Shown here: positions 11,241 to 21,290 of the stretch, one piece after another
Position numbering within the stretch: the stretch's first letter is position 1
Layout of the letters: every line of letters begins with the position of its first letter
NCBI RefSeq assembly: GCF_004010195.1
Contig: NC_057719.1
Location: forward strand, 26,936,418 to 27,000,417
DNA from: Chiloscyllium plagiosum
Taxonomy: Eukaryota
Direction of reading: 5' to 3'
DNA: 64,000 nucleotides
Made by a program: the position numbers and the translations under genes
The notes under the pieces: model-generated
What the model saw: only the letters and a program-made list of their open reading frames with translations
What the model was told of the DNA's origin: nothing
The model's database searches: none

Positions 11241-12938
11241 ATGGGGTGGTCATGGGGATTGCGACTCCTATTGGCAATGTTCGCGATCGGATGGCCACTC
11301 CAGGGCATCGGTATCACGGCCTGGACGCTGGTACCGGTCGCCCGCCATGAGGTGCGGTGGGAGGCCAGTAGCCAGCGACGGACGCAGGACAATTTTACAT
11401 GTGAACCCGGTCAGCAGTGCGTTGTTCTGACTCTCACCAGCGACTGTCAATTGTACACGTGTGCACAGTGCTACATGCGCCGGGATGGGGAAAAATATGA
11501 CATATCGTTCATACCGCCTAATTGCACCCTGGTGGTAAATGCCCAAGTCAAGACGTGTTTGTGGGACCAACGCACCCAGACATGCGGGACAACGGGGACT
11601 CATTGGAGCGTCACAGCTCGGGGGGAAGATCTGTGGCTGCGCAATGCCACCAATATTCGGAATCGTCATCGATTCATGTGGTTAATAATGGTACTGCCCT
11701 CGACGAACCCCCCGTCTGAGGCGTTATTAAACCCCACGCGGGGCGGGCCAGCACCGAAGAGGGGTGCCACGGGGGGCGTGCGGTCGCATCGAACACAGTT
11801 GGCCCCTATTATGTCAACTTGTCAACAGATGGCCCGGGCGGTACTGCACACTGATGTCCATTGGCGGGTACAGTTGCCCCTCATACCCGAGTGTCATACC
11901 AAGAGGCGGCGACGAGCGTGGTACAACACCCTGCTGGGAGGCGCAGGAACTGTTATGGGTATCTCGAATGCCATTGACTCTGAGGTAACCCGTACTAAAT
12001 TATCTAACACGGGACAGGCCACCTCACAAGGACTACATACTATTGGAAGGTGGATGCCATCCGTAATGATGACTCAAGGAGAGACAGCTGAAATAATGAT
12101 ACGAACTCTGCAATGGGAACTGGATGTCTGGGGTGCCACTCAGGAACTGTTTGAGAACATTACGGCTCAGTTAAATTGGACTGCCTGTCATATTCAAATG
12201 TTGCATGCTCAAATACAGAAAGAACGCTTTTTGCGTGTGGTAACATCCCCCAATGTACAAGCGTGGAGGGGAATATGGAATGTATCTGAGAAATTGTGGA
12301 TGATAACCCATCCAGAACGAACATGGTGTAACGCAACTATGTGTAACGGATACTTTGTTACCATGAATGTAACCCACACTGTTACGGTCTGTCGATATTA
12401 TGTATTACCAGTGATTACATCTTCTGGATATTATTTTCTGAAGACAAGGGGACAGTGGTTTAGCCCAGATACCAATATTACCTATGATCTGTCCGCTTGT
12501 GAACAGACTGATCAGGGGAAAACTTGCCTACTGATGGACAGGTATCGGGACCCTTGCTTGACCAAGGGAACGGCCCTGTGCGAATGGACTGTTGAGACTC
12601 CAAGGGACATGATGTGGCAGATTGGGCCACACACGCTCTGTGTGGCTACCAATAATCCACATCCTATGCTTCCCTCAGCACCGTTCTCGGGATGCCTCTC
12701 AAATGTCTATCAGTGGCACTGGCAGAATCACACCTATTTGTGGACCACTTATAGCAGTGCTCGCCACTTTACCAAGGTGCAGTGGAAAGTGCTGAGGAAT
12801 CCCTGGAACATTTCCCTGGATCAGTTTAAGCGAGCATTGGACCGATCCGAGGAGCTTAAGCAGATATTACGAAAGCATCAAACCAACCCGTGTGAATCTT
12901 CTTATCTGTTTGTAACCAGAATGGAATGTGTTTTTTAG
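11241..12938 (+). CDS. env: Retroviral env, open frame but C-terminally truncated (no TM anchor) and fused to LTR-derived codons
   Basis: Candidate acceptor ccgcag ends at 11220 and the ATG is at 11241. Signal peptide MGWSWGLRLLLAMFAIGW; furin site KRRRR at 11901-11915; Gly-rich hydrophobic peptide AWYNTLLGGAGTVMGISNA; many NxT/S sites. Codons after about 12887 come from LTR sequence. Confidence 0.88.
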   Translation: MGWSWGLRLLLAMFAIGWPLQGIGITAWTLVPVARHEVRWEASSQRRTQDNFTCEPGQQCVVLTLTSDCQLYTCAQCYMRRDGEKYDISFIPPNCTLVVNAQVKTCLWDQRTQTCGTTGTHWSVTARGEDLWLRNATNIRNRHRFMWLIMVLPSTNPPSEALLNPTRGGPAPKRGATGGVRSHRTQLAPIMSTCQQMARAVLHTDVHWRVQLPLIPECHTKRRRRAWYNTLLGGAGTVMGISNAIDSEVTRTKLSNTGQATSQGLHTIGRWMPSVMMTQGETAEIMIRTLQWELDVWGATQELFENITAQLNWTACHIQMLHAQIQKERFLRVVTSPNVQAWRGIWNVSEKLWMITHPERTWCNATMCNGYFVTMNVTHTVTVCRYYVLPVITSSGYYFLKTRGQWFSPDTNITYDLSACEQTDQGKTCLLMDRYRDPCLTKGTALCEWTVETPRDMMWQIGPHTLCVATNNPHPMLPSAPFSGCLSNVYQWHWQNHTYLWTTYSSARHFTKVQWKVLRNPWNISLDQFKRALDRSEELKQILRKHQTNPCESSYLFVTRMECVF

Positions 12939-13399
12939 CCTTGCTCTGCTACATGTGTGAATCTAACCGAAAATGGAAGGTGTCGCTTAGTCTCGTGTGA
13001 ATCTTGTTATACACCTTCCCGTGTGAATCTTCTTATCTGCATGTGACCAGAATGGACTGTGTTTTTCAGCTTTGCTCTGCTGTTCACATGAATGTTTATA
13101 TCTGGAAAAGGGTATATCAGCTGGGGAAGTCTCCAGTTCGGTAGAGTCTGCTCCGGGGTTGCGTTTAACCGCCGAGCGTGGGTTGTTGGCAACCGCTCTA
13201 CGAGAACTGACGGCTCCCAGTTCCGGTAACACGTAGAGTGAGTATAAACCAGACCCGTTGTAAGTACGAGACCTAGTTGTGGCGACGCTGCGGGGAATAA
13301 AACACTTATATTCTAGCAGACTCGCCTCTTGGCTGTTTGTTCTGTGTCAGACTACTTTCCTGCGAGCCTGGTCCTTGACCTTGAGAATTTTTTAAAACA
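12887..13399 (+). repeat. 3' LTR, 5'-truncated, with an extra partial U3 repeat unit
   Basis: 12887-12950 matches 5437-5500, then 12951-13399 matches 5370-5818. The LTR start (5339-5369) and a PPT are absent. TATAAA is at 13243-13248 and AATAAA at 13296-13301. Confidence 0.93.
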
Positions 13400-15490
13400 G
13401 CTGTCCACTGAAACTTGTTGCCCTTTTTTACAATTCGGTGAGTGGAGCAGCCACACTGCTAAAGTTTGGCACAAACTTTCGGTAAAATCCACTCAACCCC
13501 AGGAACCATAGTACTGATTTTTTCATTAATAGTGTGGGAAATTCCCCAGTTACTTTCACTTTTGCGCCTTGTGGTGCCATTTGTCCATGTCCAATAACAT
13601 GGCCCAGGAAGGTGAATTGGGCTTTGGCAAAGTCACTTTTAGCCATGTTTACCACCAAGCCTGCCTTCCGAAGTCGATCGGACAAGTCCGATAAGTGGGT
13701 AAATGTTCCTTCCATGAGTGACTAAAAATCACCAGGTCATCAATGTACACCACACAATTGGGTAATCTGGTAATGACCTTATTCGTCAGTCTCTGAAATG
13801 TGGCTGAAGTGTTTTTCATACCAAATTCATGACTTTGAACTGATGTAGTCCATTTGGCATTACAAAAGCCAAAATTGCCTTTGCTCTCTCTGACAGAAGT
13901 ACTTGCCAATAGCCTCTGAGCAAGTCCAACTTAGAAATGTAAGTTGCTTGTCCTACTTTTTCGACACAGCCCTCCAATTGTGGAGTTGGATATGCATCAG
14001 TCTTTGTAACGGCATTGTCTTTGCGAGAGTCCACACATAACCGTTGGGTACCACTGGCTTTGGCACCATGACTATGGGTGAGCTCCAGTCACTGTAACTC
14101 ACTTTGATTATGCCATCTTGGAGCATGCACTCTAACTCCTTCTGAACCTGTGCCAACTTTAGAGGGTTTGCCTATAAGGACATTGCTTAATCAGAACAAC
14201 ATCTCCTATATCTACATTATACACAATTAGGTTAGTACTTGCCAGTTTATTTCTGCATATCTCTCCATGTGATAGTTAAAACTCTTTCAGGTCATTTCGG
14301 TTTTCTTTGGGAAGGTAACTCAATAATTTATACCAATTGTTGACAACTTCCTCATTGTCCAATCTGATTTGAGGAATGTCCAATTCAGAATGCTCTGAAC
14401 TTGGTTCTTCCTCCTGTGTTTAATCATTAACACCATCTCCTCTTGCTTTCCTTCCCTATCAAAATACCTTTGAGCATATTCACATGACACACTCTGTGAG
14501 ATTTCTTCCTGTCTGGAGTCCTTATCAAGTAGTTCACCTCACTCAATTTCCTCTCAATTTGATATGCTCCACTAAACCTGGCTTTTAAAGGCTCACTTGT
14601 TACTGGAAGCAGCACCAGTACCTTATCCCCAATTGCAAAATTGCGAATTTGTGATTTCTTATCCGCTTCCTAGTTCATTGTATGCTGTGATACTTTTAAA
14701 TGCTGTCTAGCCAACTCTTCAATTCTATTTAATCATTCTCTAAATTTTGACACACAGTCCAGATGGGTGGTCTCTGAATTCTGAGTTATTCATTTCTCCT
14801 TAATCAATTTTAACAGTCCTCTTACTTCATGCCCAAAAATTAATTCACATGGACTGAATTTGGTCAATTCATTCGGTGCATTCCTACTCACAAAAAGTAC
14901 AAAGGGAATTCCCTTATCCCAATCATCTGGATAATCCTGACCATAAGCCCTCAATATAGTCTTTAGTGTTTGATGCTATCTCTCTCGTGCTCCCTGTGAT
15001 TCTGGATGGATTTGAACTGCTTTATTGCCAAGTTATGCAAAACCTCCTTGAATAGATTGAATGTGAAGTTTGATCCTTAATCTGACTGGATCTCTATTGG
15101 TAGTCTGTATCTAGTAAAAAATGAAACAAATTCTTCTACAACCCTTTTTTGCTGTGATGTTGCATAATGGGATTGCCTCTGGAAACCTTGTTGACACATC
15201 CATTATTGTTTGAGGTAGGGGAACCACACAATCAATCAAGACTCTTGTGAAAGGTTCCTCAAAAGCTAGAATAGGTATTAAAGGTGCAGGTTTTATTACG
15301 CCTGTGGTTTTCTGATTAGCTGACATGTATGACATGTCCGGCAAATTCAACTACATCCTTGTGTAGTCCATGCCAGTAAAAATGTCTTTGTATTTTAGCC
15401 TGTGTTTTCCTCACCCCTAAATGACCTCCAAGTGGTAGCTCATGCCCCACTCACAGCACCTCCTTTCTATACCTTACTGGCAAAACAATT

Positions 15491-15804
15491 TGATTAGATT
15501 AGATTCCCTACAGTGTGGAAACGGGCCCTTTGGCCTAACAAGTCCACACCGACCCTCCGAAGAGTAACCTACCCAGACCCATTTCCCTCTGACTAATGAA
15601 CATAACACTACGGGCAATTTAGCATGGCCAATCCACCTGATCTGCACATCTTTGTGACTGTGGGAGGAAACCAGAGCACCCAGAGGAAACCCACGCAGAC
15701 ATGGGGAGAATGTGCAAACTCCACACAGACAGTCGCCCGAGGCTGGAATCGAACCTGGGACCCTGGTGCTGTGAGGCAGCAGTGATAACCACTGAGCCAC
15801 CGTG
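15491..15804 (-). mobile_element. HE1-type V-SINE
   Basis: Reverse complement of a tRNA head, the conserved tgtgtggagtttgcacattctcccc core, and a LINE-like tail with (tctaa)n. Inserted in the Gypsy remnant. Confidence 0.9.
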
Positions 15805-16533
15805 ATGAATCTCTGCCTATTTCTCATCTGCTTGAATGTGTGATCGTCTCCATTTCCTCATTAAGATATCATTTATTAAGTAATAACACACATGAGTGCA
15901 TTCACTTTCTTTCTCAGTAAATGCTTTTTGATAGAACTATTTTAACTCCTCATCTTTCTGCTGTAATTCAATCAGCTTAGCAGAGCCAAAGATACTTGCA
16001 CATTTACGTACTTGCTCCTTCTCTGTGCCACTTATCTGACCAAAGGAAGTTTTGGATAACACTATGTCAGCTTCCTTATCTGTGCCTTTTGATCTCTCCT
16101 GTTTCAACTTGTGCCTCTATGGTCATGTGATCGCACAATCTGGGAAAATTCCTGGATAAACCTTCTCTATGTCTTCAGTTACCTGTGTCTCCACTGGCTT
16201 TTCAATGCAAGTAGGCAGCACACCTACCTGTGAAACAGCTATATCATTTGCAAGGACAAATTGTATTCTTGAAGCTGAGAGTTTGTCCAGTACTCCTACC
16301 ACAAATTCTCCACTCTTCTCTGGAATCACTATGTATCACTTTGTATCACCATGAATTCCTGTTACTAGTACCTTTTCTGGCAATAGTCTCTCAGGAATGC
16401 ACATCTCCTCATCCTTCAGCATTACAGACTGAGAGGATTCTGTGTCCCTTAATATTGTAACCTCTTTACCTGCTACTCCTGGCCTATGTGAACAAACTTT
16501 ACCCTTGCATGTATAACTCACTAGCCTATACAT

Positions 16534-16856
16534 GGGGCAGCACTGTGGCACAGTGGTTAGCACTGCTGCCTCATAGCGCCAGAGACCTGGGTTCAATTCC
16601 CGCCTCAGGCGACTGACTGTGTGGAGTTTGCATATTCTCCCCGTGTCTGCGTGGGTTTCCTCCGGGTGCTCCGGTTTCCTCCCACAGTCCAAAGATGTGC
16701 AGGTCAGGTGAATTGGCCATGCTAAATTCCCCATAGTGTTAGGTAAGGGGTAAATGTAGGGGTATGGGTGGGTTGCGCTTCGGCGGGTCGGTGTGGACTT
16801 GTTGGGCCGAAGGGCCTGTTTCCACACTGTAAGTAATCTAATCAGTTAAAAAAAAA
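16534..16856 (+). mobile_element. HE1-type V-SINE
   Basis: ggggcagcactgtggcacagtggttagcactgctgcc head, B box gggttcaattccc, V-domain core and tail gggcctgtttccacactgtaagtaatctaatc. Confidence 0.92.
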
Positions 16857-17904
16857 CTTTTGAGCAGATCTGGCACTTTAACTCTCTGCTTTTCCACACG
16901 AGTTTGCATGACTTCAGGCAGTGAATTTTTGAATTCCTCCAAAATAATTACCTCGCTAAGGGCATCATAGGTTTGCTCAATTTTTAAAGCTTTTATCCAT
17001 CTCTCAAAATTACTGTGTTTGATCCTTTCAAACTCGTTATAGTATAGGTATGACCAGAGTCCCTCCTTAGATTCCTGAAACATTGTCTATAGGCTTCTGA
17101 TACAAGCTGATATGCACTTAAAATGTTTTTTTTTAACCTCCTCATACTCCCCAGATACCTCCTCTGATCATGCTGCGATTACCTCACTAGCCCTACCTAC
17201 AAGTTTCATTTGGATCAACAAAACCCACGTTGCCACTGGCCACTGCATTTGTTTAGCCACCTTTTCAAATGAGATGAAAAAGGCTTCCACATTCTTCTCA
17301 TCAAACTTAGGCAATGCTTGAACATACTTAAACAGTTTCTCACTCGGCTTCTGACTACCAGTGGCTTGCTCCTTCTCACTCTCTTCCTCACTAAGCCTAT
17401 TGTCAGCCTTTATCTCCAGCTTTATCTTTATACCAACTTCTGGTACTTTATAGACTGTTCTTGGTAACCAACTGCACTATATCCATTGCTTATCCCTATC
17501 TATCATTGCTAGCTGTGAAATAACCCCTAACACATTTGTGAAACATGACTTCCTTCTCATAAGTATGTGATGGCTCTGCTTATTCATTAAATGATTTTCT
17601 AAATGTCCTGTTGACATTTCTTAATTATACAATGTAACATTTCTCTGCTACTGATGTCAGGCTCACTGCATATAGATCCCTTTTACTTCACTCTCTCCTT
17701 CCTTGAAAAAGTATTACATTTGTTACCTTTAATTCCATAGAAACTTTCCTAAAATCTAAGGAATGCTGAAAGATCAATGCATTCACTTCTTGTAGCAAAA
17801 ACTCTGAACGATCAATCTCAGTTAAATTATAAATCTAACTCCTGTTAATTTAGAAGAAGAAAGTTTGGTTGTTTAGACTATTGAGGGGCTTTGAGCATCT
17901 GAGG

Positions 17905-18226
17905 TTGATAAAATCATGAGGGGCACAGATAAGGTGAATAGCAAAGGTGGGGAGTTCAAAACAATGGGCATTTTTAAGGTGAAAAGAGAAAGATTTAAAA
18001 TGGACATGAGGGGTAACTTCTTGGAATATTTGGAATAAACTGTCAGAGGAAGTGATAGATGCAGGTACTGTTACAACATTTAAAAGACATTTGGATAGTT
18101 ACGTGAATTGTCAAGATTTAGCGGGATATATGCCAAATGCAGGAACATAGTTTACTTTGGGAAACTTGGTCGGCATGTTAAGTTGGACCGAAGGGTATGT
18201 TTCCGTGCTGTATGACTCTATGACTT
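17905..18226 (+). mobile_element. CR1 LINE 3' end
   Basis: tataaaatcatgagggg-like segment followed by the 3' tail ctgtatgactctatgact. Confidence 0.8.
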
Positions 18227-19288
18227 GATGACTTCCACTTGACTAAAGATTCATACAAATCGCAAGCAAATTTTTCTTTTTGAGCTGCATGTTTTGGTTG
18301 CATAGTGTCTTGATCCACTGTTGTACCATTGTAAAATCATAAATTGCTGGAAAGCTAAAGTTCTGAAAAAGGGTCACTGAACCCGAAACATTAACTGTGA
18401 TTTCTCTCCTCAGATGCTGCCAGACGGGTTGAGATTTCCAGCAATTTCTGTTTTTGTTTCTGATTTCCAGCATCTGCAGTTTTTCATATTTAAATTGTTA
18501 CATGAGCTATTTTTATATCACTACAGCAATAGTGGTAAGGCAGGATACATATATTTCAAGCTCACATTTGCTTTGAAATTTCATCCAAATATCAGGAAAG
18601 AAAGAGGAGGGAGGAAATTGAGAAGGGACACTCAATCCACAATCAATTAGCAGTGATTTTAGCAGGAAAGAGACAAATCTGTACGTGACAATGGCACTTA
18701 TGTTATTTTGTTAGCTTTGATTTCCTATAGTTTTCAAATGCTTTGCTGAAACAATACAATACAGTGAGGTCAACCTTTGAACGAGTAGTGAAATGTTGAG
18801 CTGACATACTATTGCAACCTCTACTCACTGCTTTGCACTATACTGCTGAAACCATCCATCACAGTAAATAAATGGCAAGAGAAATAGCAAAATTTGGTAT
18901 GAATGCCAGAAAGCATTTGCTTTGGCTAGGAGAAAGCAAAATTCCCACACCGCACTTAAGCTGTGAATGCCATTTCATCCAGTGAACTAATCAAGTGATA
19001 CATCTGAATGGTGCCACTATAAAAGAAGCTGTAATGTAATACATCCATGAAGTTATTCCTGACAATAATGCTAATGTTTCCTGTGTGCTGTTTACAGTTT
19101 TACCAATCCGATTCAGAAGCGCAGAATAACAAATTATTAAATTATAATGATTCCTGTTTTTTTTTCCCTAAAATCCCGGCTGTCTGGAAAAAATATCTTT
19201 TTTGTTGGTTCCTGAAGTAGTATACCAAGCAAACAATGAATCTATTGGTACATGACCCTGTTAAAAGTGGGCAGATTAAAGGTGGGGA

Positions 19289-20530
19289 ATAGAGTCATAG
19301 ATATGTACAGCATGGAAACAGACCCTTCGGTCCAACCCGTCCATGTCGACCAGATATCCCAACCCAATCTAGTCCCACCTGCCAGCACCCTGTCCATATC
19401 CCTCCAAACCCTTCCTATTCATATACCCATCCAAATGCCTTTTAAATGTTGCAATTGTACCAGCCTCCACCACTTCTTCTGGCAGCTCATTACAGACACA
19501 TACCACCCTCTGCTTGAAAAAGTTGCCCCTTAGGTCCCTTTTATATCTTTCCCCTCTCACCCTGAACCTATGCCCTCTAGTTCTGGATTGCCCAACCCCA
19601 GGGAAAACACTTTGTCTATTTATCCTATCCATGCCCCTCATAATTTTGTAAACCTCTATAAGGTCACCCTTCAGCCTCCGACGCTCCAGGGAAAACCGCC
19701 CCAGCTTGTTCAGCCTCTCTCCATAGCTCAAATCCTCCAAGCCTGGAGACATTCTTGTAAATCTTTTCTGAACCCTTTCAAGTTTCACAACATCTTTCTG
19801 ATAGGAAGGAGACCAGAATTGCATGCAATATTTCAACAGTGGCCTAACCAATGTCCTGTACAGCCGCAACATGACCTCCCAACTCCTGTACTCAATACTC
19901 TGACCAATAAAAGAAAGCATACCAAACACCTTCTTTACTAACCTATCTACCTGCGACTCCACTTTCAAGGGCTATGAACCTGCACTCCAAGGTCTCTTTG
20001 TTCAGCAACACTCCCTAGGAACTTTAAGTGTATAAGTCCTGCTAAGATTTGCTTTCCCAAAATGCAGCACCTCGCATTTATCCTCTGCCACCACCCTCTG
20101 TCTTCTACCTTTGAGCCAGTTCTGTATCCAAATGGCTAGTTCTCCCTTTATTCCATGTGATCTAACTTTGCTAACCAGTCTCCCATGGGGAACCTTGTCG
20201 AACACCTTACTGAAGTCCACATAGATCACATCTACTGCTCTGCCCTAAACAATCCTCTTTGTTACTTCTTCAAAAAACTCAATCAAGTTTGTGAGAGATG
20301 ATTTCCCACGCACAAAGCAATGTTGACTATCCCTAATCATTCCTTGCCTTTCCAAATGCATGTACATCCTGTCCCTCAGGATTCTCTCCAACAACTTGCC
20401 CACCACCGACGTCAGGCTCACTGGTCTATAGTTCCCTGGCTTGTCCTTACCACCCTTCTTAAACAGTGTCACCACGTTAGCCAACCTCCAGTCTTCTGGC
20501 ACCTCACCTGTGACTATCGATGATACAAAT
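19289..20530 (-). mobile_element. CR1/HER1-type LINE, 5'-truncated with an internal deletion
   Basis: ORF2 peptides PEDWRLANVVTLFKKGGKDKPGNYRPVSLTSVVGKLLE, DFSKVFDKVPH, LVRPLLKYC and GHRFRVRG. The RT core is missing at about 20082. Confidence 0.93.
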
Positions 20531-20879
20531 AATGGGAAATTCCAGTTGTTGGGCCCACTGTTGCTTCAACACACACCCAAAGCTGGTTTACTCTTCCTCC
20601 CTGACACTGCCTGCTCATTATGTATAAAAGTTGGCACAATTAGAGTTCAGCTACCTGGTTGTTTTGCCTATTGTCTGACTCATCTCTCACTACTACATGT
20701 CCTACTTTGCCCATAGGGGCAGCAGAATCCAGTAAGCAACAGTCACCGCCAATCCTCCACACTGGAAGGATGTGATATTGAAGAATTCTGTTGCTCTTCC
20801 TCCAGTCTGACCCTGCTTGCTTTTCTGCCTCTGCTTCAATCTCGCTTTAAATCTGCGATCCTGTTTACAAGAATGGTTC

Positions 20880-21290
20880 CAGGAATGAGAAACTGCAGTT
20901 GTGAGTAGTACTGTTCGCATTGGAGAAAAGAAGGCTGAGAAAAGATTTCATACAAATTTTCAAAATCAGGATGGCCAGAAAGAGCAGCTGCGAGGCTGTT
21001 CCTGTTTGTAAAATAAATAAGAACATGAGGGCATAGATTTAAAATGATGTGCAAACAAAGCAAGGGCGATGTCACACAGTGAGCATTTAGGGTCTGGAAT
21101 ACACACCCTAGAAGTGTGGTGGAGGCAGGTTCAATTGAGGTAAACAAGAGGGCATGGAATGATCATCTGGGTAGAAATTATGGACAGGGATATGGGGAAA
21201 AGGCAGGAAATTGGCACGAGGTAATAGAACTGGTGCTGGCATGATGAGCCACATGATGGCCTCCTGCACTTTAACAATTCTGTGATTGTT
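20880..21290 (+). mobile_element. Decayed CR1 3' end
   Basis: ttggagaaaagaaggctgaga...gggcatagatttaaa segments typical of CR1 3' ORF2. Confidence 0.6.

Larger units (their letters stand above)
5339..13399 (+). mobile_element. Endogenous retrovirus, class III (ERV-L/ERV-S-like): LTR-gag-pro-pol(dUTPase)-env-LTR
   Basis: Starts TG (5339) and ends CA (13399), flanked by the perfect TSD GCTGT (5334-5338 and 13400-13404). It has two LTR copies, a tRNA-Ser PBS, and recognisable gag, PR, RT, RNase H, IN, dUTPase and env. Confidence 0.97.
13405..17400 (-). mobile_element. Decayed Gypsy-type (Gmr1-like) LTR retrotransposon internal region: gag-PR-IN-RT
   Basis: Minus-strand fragments in order: gag (LPKFDEKNVEAFFISFEKVA, about 17330-16860), PR (ILRDTESSQS, about 16490-16200), IN (HELPLGGHLG..CHTCQ, FTRVLIDCVVPLP, RFSGAYQI, about 15450-14450), RT (WSSPIVMVPKP, KLDLLRGYWQ, YIDD, FLGHVIG, about 14190-13405). 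It has many stops and frameshifts, and no LTRs were identified. Confidence 0.9.

Noticed and set aside
16534..16610. tRNA-like sequence
   Set aside because: It is a SINE head followed by the SINE core and tail, not a tRNA gene.
15474..16827. 117-aa and 163-aa ORFs with familiar-looking peptides
   Set aside because: They are mostly translations of HE1 SINE sequence joined to Gypsy remnants, not genes.
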